A stretch of 64,000 nucleotides of DNA from Squalus acanthias (lineage: Eukaryota), in NCBI GenBank assembly GCA_030390025.1, contig CM059432.1:23314001-23378000 (forward strand), given 5' to 3'. The notes below the pieces were generated by a model. That model did no database searches. It saw nothing but the letters and a program-made list of their open reading frames with translations, and had not been told where the DNA came from. This document shows positions 15,001 to 27,000 of this stretch, piece after piece. Within the stretch, counting starts at the first letter, position 1, and every line of letters starts with the position of its first letter. The position numbers and the translations under genes are program-made.

Positions 15001-18000
15001 TGTTGCATTGTGGGAAGGTGTTGAAATTAAAGATGGCTGTCAGAGTAATGAGTGAGTAATTTTCTTCAACTTCATCCTTTTCTCTGTGTTGAAATCAGGA
15101 TTTTTACACAGTCTGCTACTCTACCTCATTCTTTCCTAGGATCTCAAAACTGTAAAATTCCTCATTTTTTTTTTATCATTCTTCGGCATGTGGAAATTTA
15201 GTACCCATCCCTAGTTGCCCTAGTGAAGGTGGCAGTGGGCCTTCTTCTTGAACCACTGCAGTCTATGTGGTGAAGGTGCTCCCACAATGCTGTTAAGTAG
15301 GGAGTTCCTTCACAGGTTGTCTCAAGGGGTGGAGCTGGAGAGAGGTGCAGACACACAGGACGTCAAAAGAAAATTTTAAATAAAGATCAAAAATGGGCCA
15401 CAATAATTTAGCCAACAAAGGGAAGGTCAACAGTAACCATCATTCCTTTAGTCACGGGGGGTCTATGGGTGACAGCATAGAGTTGGAGTTTGGGGAGCCC
15501 ACCCTGGTGGGGGTCACTGGGACCCTGCTGCCCCCCCCCCCCCCCACCCGCCTCCCGCTATGAACCCCAGCTTACCACAGGGTGGTGTAATTATCAGGAT
15601 AAGGTGAGAAGTCGGATTTTGACCCAGCGACAATGAAGGCGATATATGTCCAAGTCAGGATGGTGTGTGACTTGGAGGGGAGCTTGGAGGTGATGGTGTT
15701 CCCATGTCCCTTCTGCCCATGTCCTTTTAGGTGGTGAAGGTCGAGTGTTTGGAAAGTGCTGCTGAAATAGCCTTGGCGTCTTGCTGCAGTGCATCCTGTA
15801 GACACGACACACTGCAGCCACAGTATGCAAATTTTGTTTAAACTTCTGTTAAAGATCGTGGATTAGGTGTTGCTTTGTCCTGGATGTTGTTGAGCTTCTT
15901 AAATGTTATTGCAGCTGCACCCATCCAGGCAAGTGGAGAGTATTCCATCACACTCCTGTTGGTGGTAGAGTCAGGGGATGAGCAACTTGCCAGAGAATAC
16001 CCAGTCTCTGACCTGCTGTAGTACCAGGTTATAGTCCAACAGTTTTATTTGAAATCACAAGCTTTCGGAGCTACCTGAGGAAGGAGCAATCGATAGCTCC
16101 GAAAGCTTGTGATTTCAAATAAAACTGTTGGACTATAACCTGGTGTTGTGCGACCTCTCAATTTTGTCCACCCCAGTCCAACACCGGCATCTCCGCATCA
16201 TGACTGCTGTAGTAGCCATGGTATTTATGTGGCTGGACCAGTTGACTTCCATGAGTCTTCCTTTCTTTCCACTATCTACAGGATTTTAAACCCCAAACCT
16301 GGCCTCACCAAACTACTACAAAAAGAAAATACTGCAGATGCTGGAAATCTGAAATAAAAACAGAAAATGCTGGAGATACTCAGCTGGTCAGGCAGCATCT
16401 GTGAAGAGAGAATCAGAGTTAATGTTTCAGGTCATCGACGTTCTGACGAAAGGTCATCAACCTGAAACATTAACTCTGTTTCTCTCTTCACAGATGCTGC
16501 CTGACCTGCTGAGTATCTCCAGCATTTTCTGGTTTTATTTCACCAAACTACTTCTTGATTTACTTCACCTTCTCTCCTATTCCTTTCAACCTGGGTGGTG
16601 TTCTGTATTATATGTCTTGGCCTTTCCACTAGGTTTCTTAACAATAAAAATAAATTAACTGATGGAGTTAGATGCTATGATAAACCACAGGACCACAGAT
16701 TGTACTCACGCTGTGCTCTGTAACATTTGTTGTAAATATACACAATGGTATCAAAGTAAAATCAATGCTAGTGATGCAAAATCAGTGCAAATGAGATTAA
16801 ATCAGTGCTAGCAAATGAAATCAATGCTAGTGACAGTAAACGGTACAGCTGAAATGTCAGATTGGACTTTGAGCAGACGCTATGATGTCATCATACCAGA
16901 ATAATATGATTCACAAGATGTTAAAAAAACTGAGATAACCTCTTGGATCCCCATCGAGTTCAAAGATATTCCCATCTCCTTGGAATGACTGGTTTTGTTT
17001 GTTTGCAATTCATGCACTGTGACATTGAGAAGCAGACTAATTTTACAGTGTTAAACCTACTCCTGCCCTACAGTGAATCCTTAAAGAAATAGCTGGCTCA
17101 GAGAGTATGGAATCTCCCTGGACATGTTGATGCTCTGGGGGTTAACCTGCACAGTGTGTTCAGAGTTTGACCCGCAACCTCCGGTGTTGTTGTCCTTCAG
17201 ACTGCCGCTTGACCAATGTTCAACTCAGGTGTTACCTCCTGGGTTATTTTTCGGGAGTTGCCCTGAGTTAACCACATAGTGCAGGACTGGAGTCACATGT
17301 AGGCCGAACCTGGTAGGGGTGGCAGGTTTTATAACAATCTGTCAGCTGGTGCTAGCCCACATATTACCAGATTTTTGAATTTAATGTCTCAACTTGCCAT
17401 GGTAGGTTTTAGCTCAATAACCTCTGGGTCGCTAGTCCAGTAGCATAACCACTAGGCTACCGTACGCTCCTGTCCCATTACCACATCTGACAAGAAACTG
17501 TCTGAATAGTTTCTTCGACAATGGCTGACGTAAAAATAAAAGCAGTTAATAAGGGAGTTATAAATTCTCTAGCAGTTATGTTTGTGAGTAGCTAGGCCAT
17601 ATAGAACAGAAGGGTTTAGCTTCGATCCCCATTGTGTGCTGAGTTAGCTGATCTCAGTCAATGTTGTTGGCCTTAGCTGCTCGGGGTTAGATAGACAAAA
17701 TCAGGATGTCCACTATCCAGCGCCCCCTACTGGAATTGCATGTATGTAGTTGTTGGGAGTGAACAGGACCACGCATGATGAATAGTCACTTGCGGGAGCT
17801 ACCCATCAATGAGTTAAAACCTTAGGGTGGGGAGGGGGGGGGGAAGAAAATTGTCTGAACAAAGAGGAGAAAGGCATTTAAAAAAAAAATCAATCTCATT
17901 ATAGCTCCTTGGATGTCCAAGTATTTATCTGCAAGAATTCTTTAAATGATTGAAATGATACTTACAGGCTCTCCTGGGGTTCCAGGAAGTCCCACATCTC

Positions 18001-21000
18001 CCAGCTCACCAGTATCACCCTGTAATACATACGATATACATAAGTGAGAGTTTTACATTACACGACACAGCTGGAAAAATGTATGGAAAACAAAGTAAAA
18101 GAAGAAAGGTGTGAGCAACAGAACAGAGAGAACGTTAAGTGGGAGAGAGAAGTAAGTGAGCGACGGGGAGAGAAAGAACTAAACAAGAGAGGAGAGAGAA
18201 CTAAATGAGGGGAATAGAAAGAAAGCAAAACTAGAGAAAGAAACTAAATGAAGGAGAGAGAAAACTAAATGAGGGAGGGCTAGAGAGAACTAAATGCGAG
18301 GGGGCAGAGAAAGATTTAACAAAGAGAAGACATAAAACAAAATGAGGGGGATTGTGAACAAAATGAGAAATAGACAACTAAACAAGGGCAGAGAGAGAAT
18401 TAAACAAGGGAGTATAATCTAAACAAGATGGAGAGAAAACTAAATGAGAGGAGGAAGAGAGTAGAAGAAAATGAATTGAAGAGAGAGGGGGAGAAAGAAT
18501 GAGAAAATTAAGAAACCTTGGGGGAGAAATGGGGCGATAACTTTAGCGGTAACAAAAAAGTAGCGCTGGGCACTACGCCAATGAATCCAACACGAACTTC
18601 AACTTTAGCCCTCCAGAAAGGAAGTGGAGCACTAAATCAAGCGCTACCATTTCTCTTGGAGCGCTAAAGTTCGGCAAGAGGGGCGGTAGCGGTGCAGCGC
18701 TGCCCAATGTTGAGAGCAGCGCTGCCGGGAACGGAGGCTCCTTCCCTCCCTAAAGGGAAGGGCCATTGCTGCAGGCTCTGCACTAAATCGATGTCCCTCA
18801 TTGCCGACAGCAGCCGTGATCCGCGACAATCAGCCCCAAGCACTCTAACAGAGTGCAGGGCTGATCAATCGCAGCACAGGAAAAAGTGGAAAAAAACAAT
18901 CTAAGGGGTGAAAACAAATTTTTCATTGGCACAAGCGGCCTTACCTTTAAATACCGCTCCCCAAGCGGCCGGCCTCCCTAACAACGCCTCCTGCAGCTGT
19001 CGGTGTTACCGCCCGGCGATGCTGCAGGGGGCGGAACCGAAGTTCGGATCCAGGGCGCTACCGGGACGCTGCACAGCCAGATGACGTCACGATCTCCGGG
19101 CGCAGGAGATCGTGGAGCTAGTGGTTACTGCTGTCGTAAACCTCCACGCCAATTTCGCGGGCGTCGGTGCTATCACCCGGTCGCAAAGCCGGTAGCGCCC
19201 CGTTATCGCCCCCCAGAGGCGCTAACGGGAGGCGCAAAGGAGGCAAATGTCTAGCCCAAAGACCTTAGTGACGGAAAGACTGGAGTGAAAGAAATTAGTG
19301 AATGATACAAAGTGAAAGAGAAAACAGTTTGAAAGTGAAGTTTGAGAAACAAACTCACTTTAATTCATTACCACAAAAATGTGATACTGACCTCCTGTTT
19401 CAGGTCTTCTTTCTACTAATTAAGCGCCTTGGGACACTTTACTACGTTAAAGGCGCTATATAAATGTAAGTTGCTGTTCTTTTTGTTGTTTCTACACCCA
19501 CCTCTATCTTTCTGTCTTTTCCAACCAACCTCAATGAAACCTTTGGGAATATAACAGCACTCTGGGAGTACCTTCACCACACGGACTGCAGCGGTTCAAG
19601 GCAGCGGCTCACCACCACCTTCACAAGGGCAATAAATGCTGGCCTTGCCAGTGATGCCCACATCCCATAAACAAATAAAAAAAAATCTCATCTTTCTCTT
19701 CTCCAGCTCTTTGATTTGTACATTGACTTTACCATCTTCTGACTTATTTGCATTTTCCATGCTTATTTCTCCCATTCATGCCTTTTCATTTGGAGCTGTT
19801 GTTTTTATTTTGGAGCAGATGTGATACTGTCCTTTTTGCGCGACAGCCCAAGACAAATTTCTCCCCACTTATGTATTGTTCAGTCCTATTCAGGAACAAA
19901 TCACTTCCCAGTGTCCTGTTCTGATGAAGGCTCCACATCCAAAACAATAACCTGTCTTATCTCTTCCTGCCCACCTTGCTATGCAGCTCTAACAGTTCCG
20001 GCAACTTTTAATTTTATTTTGTTGGTCTCAGGATCCCAAAGCTCTGGGAGTTTGTAGTACAGCAACCTTTACTTTATTTCTCAAATATTTAAAAAAAAAC
20101 AGATTACCTTTTCCCCAATTGGTCCTTTCTGTCCTGGTGATCCATGCAATCCCTTAAAAAGAACACATACAAGATATTACACATTTTCTCCCACTGGTTT
20201 AATTACAAGGCTATTGTCACCTCCTGTAATCAATAGCCTGGTATTGTGAACAATCACAGTACTGCCAACATTCATTACTTACCTTTAAGAGTCATAGAGT
20301 CATACAGCACAGAAAGAGGCCCTTCGGCCCATCGTGTCCGCGCCGGCCATCAAGCCCTGTCTATTCTAATCCCATTTTCCAGCACTTGGTCCATAGCCTT
20401 GTATGCTATGGCATTTCAAGTGCTCACCTAAATGCTTCTTGAATGTTGTGAGGGTTCCTGCCTCTACCACCCTTTCAGGCAGTGAGTTCCATATTCCAAC
20501 CACACTCTGGGTGAAAAAGTTTTTCCTCAAATCCCCTCTAAACCTCCTGCCCCTTACCTTGAAACTATGCCCCCTAGTTATTGACCCCTCTACTAAGGGG
20601 AAAAGTTCCTTTCTATCTACCCTATCTATGCCCCTCATAATTTTGTACACCTCAATCAGGTCCCCCCTCAGCCTTCTCTGCTCTAAGGAAAACAACCCCA
20701 GCCTGTCCAGTCTCTCTTCATAGCTGAAGCGCTCCAGCCCAGGTAACATCCTGGTGAATCTCCTCTGCACCCTCTCCAATGCAATCACATCCTTCCTATA
20801 GTGTGGCGACCAGAATTGCACACAGTATTCCAGCTGTGGCCTAACTAGCGTTTTGTACAGCTCCATCATAACCTCCCTGCTCTTATATTCTATGCCTCGG
20901 CTAATGAAGGCAAGTATCCCATATGCCTTTTTAACTACCTTATCTACCTGTCCTGCTGCCTTCAGGGATCTATGTACATGCACACCAAGGTCCCTCTGAT

Positions 21001-24000
21001 CCTCTGTCCTTCCTAGGGTCCTACCATTCATTGTGTATTCCCTTGCCTTGTTAGTCCTCCCAAAATGCATCACCTCACACTTTTCAAGGTTAAATTCCAT
21101 TTGCCACTGTTCTGCCCATCTGACCAACCCGCCTACATCATCCTGTAGCCTGAGGCTTCCCTCCTCGCTATTTACCACTCCACCAATTTTCGTGTTATCT
21201 GCGAACTTACTGATCATACCTCCTACATTCATATCTAACTCATTAATGTACACTACAAACAGTAAGGGACCCAGCACCTATCCCTGCGGTACACCACTGG
21301 ACACAGGCTTCCAGTCACAAAAACAACCTTCGACCATCACCCGCTGTCTCCTGCCACTAAGCCAATTTTGGATCCAATGTGCCAAATTTCCCTGGATCCC
21401 ATGGGCTCTTACTTTCTTGACCAGTCTCCCATGCGGGACTTTGTCAAAAGCCTTACTGAAGTCCATGTAGACTACATCAACTGCACTACCCTCATCCACA
21501 CACCTAGTCACCCCCTCGAAAAATTCTTTCAAATTGGTTAGACATGATCTCCCCCTGACAAAGCCATGCTGACTATCCTTGATTAATCCTTGCCTCTCCA
21601 AGTGGAGACTAATTCTGTCCCTCAGAATTTTTTCCAATACTTTCCCTACCACTGATGTTAGACTCACTGGCCTGTAATTCCCTGGTTTATCCCTAGTACC
21701 CTTCTTGAATAATGATACTACGTTAGCTGTCCTGCAGTCCTCTGGCAGCTCCCCTGTGGCCAGAAAGGTTCTGAAAATTTGTATCAGAGCCCCTGCAATC
21801 TCCTCCCTTGCCTCACACAGCAGCCTGGGATACATCTCATCTGGGCCTGGGGATTTATCCACTTTTAAGCCCGATAAAACCGCTAGTACCTCCTCCCTCT
21901 TAATGCTAATTTGTTCAACTATATCACAATCCCCTTGCCTGATTTCTATGCCTACATCATCCTTCTCCATAGTGAACACAGATGCAAAATATTCATTCAA
22001 AACCTCACCTACATCTTCCGGCTCTACACACAGATTGCCACTTCAGTCCCTAATCGGCCCTACTCTTTCCCTGGTTATCCTCTTGCCCTAATATACTTAT
22101 AAAACACTTTGGGATTTTCCTTTATTTTGCCCGCCAGTGTTTTTTCATGCCCCCTCTTCGCTCTCCTAAATTCTTTAAGTACACTTTCTATACTCCTCCA
22201 GGGCTTCCACTGTTTTTAGTCCTTTGTATCTGCCAAAAGCCTCCCTTTTTTTCCTAATCCATTCTTGTATATCCCTTGACATCCAGGGTTCCCTGGACCT
22301 GTTGGCCCCACCCTTGACATTTTAAGTCCTGTGATTTGTGGAAGTATCTATTAATGCTCACATTTTAGGCAGAAAATTCAAACGTGCAGAAAGCTGCATT
22401 TAAATTTCCTACAAGTGTTTAAAAAAAAACTTCTTCAGCTCACAGTACCTGCTAGTGAATCAGAAGTGTTCACAACACTCTAGTCACTGATTGTAATTAT
22501 GCTGTTTTTTCCCTCAAATTTTAGTAAAGAGCAACTTACACTTTATCATGTCTCTCAGAAGTATCATAAAAATGCTTCACACAATGAATTACTTCGGAAA
22601 TGTTGTCACTGGTTTTAGGTTTAGACAACAGCCAATTTATACACAGCAAAATACCACGAACAGCAATAGGGTAAATGGCCAGTGAACATTTTGGTGGTTT
22701 TAGTTGAGGAAAGAATATTGGCTAGGGTGCTGGGAGAACTCCCTGCTCCTTTTCAAAATAGTGCCACGGGATCCTTAGGGCTCGATTTTCCAAGCCCTGA
22801 AGAGGCGGGAGCGGAGTCGTGTGAGGTAGTAAAATCGGAGAAATTGCCACCCGCCCCATCCCGCCTCCGTGCCCTTTTGCCAGGAGGCGGGAGGATGTGC
22901 AGCTTCGGGTCCCGTCTCCTGGAGGCGGGAAAGGCTTTTAATCCTTTTAACTGCCTGTTAACAGGTAGTTAACAGGCAGAAAAAGGGATTAGTGCCATTT
23001 TACCTTCACATGTGAAGGCTTCCCGACCTCGGAGAACCCCGCCGGGTTGGAGGAGACGTGAAAGAGGTCTGCGGTGGTCGGAGGCACCTGGAAGTAAGGT
23101 GTAGAGGTGAGTGATGGGTGCAAGTGTGGAGTGGTAAGTATGCAAGGTGAGTGATAAGTTTAAAAAAGTGTTCACTTACCTTTTTTTACTTCTGTAGCCT
23201 TTAGCCGTGCTGGATCGGGAGAGCGGACATCCACCTTGTCAATTTCAGGTAATGGCTGATGGACCCTCCGATCCATCAGACATCTGAAATTTACTTTTTC
23301 ACAATGTTTTCAGTCCTCACCACAAAAACGAATTAAACTCAAGAGAATGTCAGTGTTTGACAGCTTCACAGAGCTGTCAAACGCTGTCATTTCTTCTTTC
23401 AAGAAGTCTTGACAGATAGCACGTCTGACGTTGACGTGATCTGTCAGTGACTTCTTCCCTAATTGGCCTGCTGAGCCCGCAGGGCAGGCTTAACAAGCTC
23501 AATCAGGGAAAAATCCCTCTGAATGGTCAGGCGAGGATGGTGGCGGGACATTGACATGACAAGCAGCAGTCCTGCCTCTAAGTCGCCTCCATTGACAAAA
23601 TCCAGCCCTTAATGTCCACCTGAACCACGGGAATGGGAAGATGGGACCTCAGCTTAACATCTCATCTGAAGAAAGATACCTCCAGTACTGCACTAGAATG
23701 TCAACCTAGATATTACAGGTTCAGGTGGGACTTGAATCCATGACTTTCTGGCTTAGAGGTGAGAATGCTCAGTCAGCTTGACAATTTCAAACTGATATAA
23801 GCAAAGGAAATAAATCATTCATCCAAGTAATTTTTTTTGTCACAGTATAAATACTTACAGGTAAACCCGGAGCCCCAGTTTCCCCCATTCGGCCTGGTAT
23901 TCCAGCATCACCCTATATTAAAGACATAAGAGCGTAAGTATTTGTCGGAACAGTTAATGGCCATTACCCAACAGGCCTGACCCTTTTTAGACTGAGTGAA

Positions 24001-27000
24001 ATATCATCTACCCAAGGCAGGGGAGGGGCGGGGTGGCAGGTTGGGGGGGGTGGGGGGTACTGCACGATTCTGGAGGCAAGTGCCAGCACCACCTCAGACA
24101 TTGGCACTCCATGTGGCTTAGGTAGTGAGTTTGAGCGGTGTGCACGTGACGAATCACAGAGAACCAGTGATCAACAGCGGGTACTGGTGGCAGGAACAGC
24201 ACAAGAGACAGCTCACCGAAGGGCGGGGTTCTGTCTCAGCACTGCTCAGGAGAACACAGGTGATGACTACAGGGACCCAGCCACATAAAGAAAGTTACTA
24301 ACATCACACAAACTGCTGTAAGAGTTATTGGAAGGCCTGCCAAGGAGTTTCACCACTAATAGTGACAGTAAGGAGGAGTCTACTTCCAGTCTGTGTCCAT
24401 CAGCACTCTGCAAGCATTTGCTGTTTCCCTTTAAATAATAGGCCATCATTTGCTGTAGCAGGGCAACGAACGGCATCCACCATTAGTTAGACTTGCCCTT
24501 GCCTGTTAAATCATGATGATACTTTGCGCCGCAAGTTGCTGAAAGTGCGAGCTGATAATGTCGCAGTGAGGGAAACCGGGCATCTGGGACCTGAGTGAAC
24601 AGATACAACTGTGTATCTCCTTAACCAATCAGGTTGAAGGATTGTGAAATTAACAGCACAAGGACTGAGAAGGAAGTATAAATTAGAGTGGGTGAATTCA
24701 ATGTCAAATCAGGTACAGAAAGAGAAATAAATAGAAGGAAAGGACGACTGGATTAAGAGAGAGAAAAATGAGACAGAACGGAAAAGTTAAAAAAAATTCT
24801 AATTTTAAATTTTACATTTTAAAAATCTCTTTTTTTTAAAAATCCATGCTTGTAATAATTAATTTTCAGTGCCAGCGAGGTTGTTTAGCAGTAGTTAACA
24901 CTTATGTCGTTAAAAGGGTACTTAGACTGAAACAGATAAGACATAACTTTGTGGCGAGTTTAGTTCGTATCTACCTCGCAAATACAGCAACTTCACGGTG
25001 TTCAATGCATTTAAATGGTGAGCCAGACGGTGAGATGCTGTTTTTGCAAAGCTAATGACAACTTTTGATTTCCGCATTTCGCCACACATCTGACCGCACT
25101 TGAAGTTGCGCATAAATAACGACGAGTGCCATTAGCCTCACTGTTATTTTGACAACAAATTATGGCCCATTATAAATGTATTTGTGTAGAAGAGCTATTG
25201 TCAATTTAGCAACCAAGTGTAGCATCAACAGAATTCTTGTTGTTACCTTTGTGCCTTCAGCTCCAGCATTCCCATCCCGTCCAGGATGCCCAGTAACACC
25301 CTAAAATAATGAACAACAAATGTAAGTAAATTGTGAAATAACAACAGAAAACGCTGGAAAAACTCAGCAGGCCAGGCAGCATCCGTGGAGAGAGAAAGAG
25401 AGTTGACGTTTCAGGTCGATGACCTTTCATCAGAACGGTCATCGTAAATTGTGGCTCCACCATCTATTGTTTCTTTTTTCTTTTGAAAATTTCTCCCTTC
25501 TGAAGCCGGCGACTCCTTCCCAGGTTGCAGTTCCACAGACACTTGCCCCAGTGCCCATTATTCATGTCTGGACCTCGACAGGGAGTGTCAGCAGGATATT
25601 TGATCTGTGGGGGGGGGCATCGCAGCCAAGCCTTATCCTGTCCTGACCTGACATGTACACACGCCCACTTCATCGCAAAAGCCACAGGATAGCGATCTGG
25701 AGCAAGAACCCTGGAGGATTTTCACCTCCATTGCAAGACCCAGTGCGACACCACAAAGATTGGCCGAGCTGAGGTCAGCTAATTCAACACAGAGTTGGAA
25801 TCGAACCTAGGACCTTCCTGGTTAGCTACTAAATGGGCAATAAAAACAGAAAATGCTGGAAATACTCAGCAGGTCAGGCAGCATCTGCGGAGAGAGAAAC
25901 AGAGTTAACGTTTCAGGTCGATGACCCTTCAGCTGCCTGACCTGCTGAGTATTTCCAGCATTTTCTGTTTTTATTTCAGATTTCCAGTATCTGCAGTATT
26001 TTGCTTTTGCTAAATGGGCAAACTCGCTGAGCCATCAGGGGAGCCCTCCCCTGTTGTTTTATTTTCAATTAATTTATATCCGATTGGGTACCAGGCTTCT
26101 GGTGGATGCCAATGCACCATTGAAATGCAGAGCACGTTATTTAGTCAAATTTAGTGAAACTCCTTCCTGCCACTCCATGATGCAGTACACTCACATGCTA
26201 CCCTACATCACGGCCCTCATGGGATCAGCTCCTAGTGACCCACTATCACCTCACGTTTCCACCTCTTTTCCAATTTTAAACAAACAAGTTATAAAGTGGC
26301 TCAGTTGGCATTTAGTGGAGGACTCAGTAATGATGCGAATGGTGGACTAATATGTCATTCATGGAGGTATTTTAGCAGAGGGATTAGAAACCTAGAGGTC
26401 CATGGCAGATTGTGAAATTCAAATTAATAAATCTACTAATATCACTAAATTAAAAACAACTGGTTCACTAATGTCCTTCAGGGAAGGCAATTTCCAAACC
26501 CCTACCTGGTCTGGCCTACTCATCTTTCCACACTATTAATGTCTGCTGACATGGCCTAGCAAGTCACTAGAAATTGGTAATGAATGAGGCCTTGCCAATA
26601 TCACCCACATCCTGAAAACAAATTTTTAAAAAGTGAATACTGCACTCCTGTCATCAAGAAGCTGTCTTTTTAACCAATATACTGGACACGACACAGGTAC
26701 ACACTGCCAATCTAGCTGTTATTCTGTACTTAACTTTAATTTGATGTTAGAGCTCTCAACAATGCCACTTTTCCTATTCCAGCCAGCTGCCCCTCGCCTG
26801 TTTAAATGGAGCAGAGATGTGGGGCTAGTTACCCAGGATTTTTTTTTTTATTCGTTCATGGGATGTGGGCATCGCTGACAAGGCCAGCATTTATTGCCCA
26901 GCCCTAGAGGAGATAGAGGTCAGCCACCTTCTTGACAACTGAGTGGCTTGCTAGGCCATTTCAGAGGGCAGTTAAGAGTTAACCACATTGGGGGTCTGGA

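Noticed and set aside
20403..22102. Plus-strand ORFs of 63-145 aa
   Set aside because: Antisense shadows of the CR1 RT frame.
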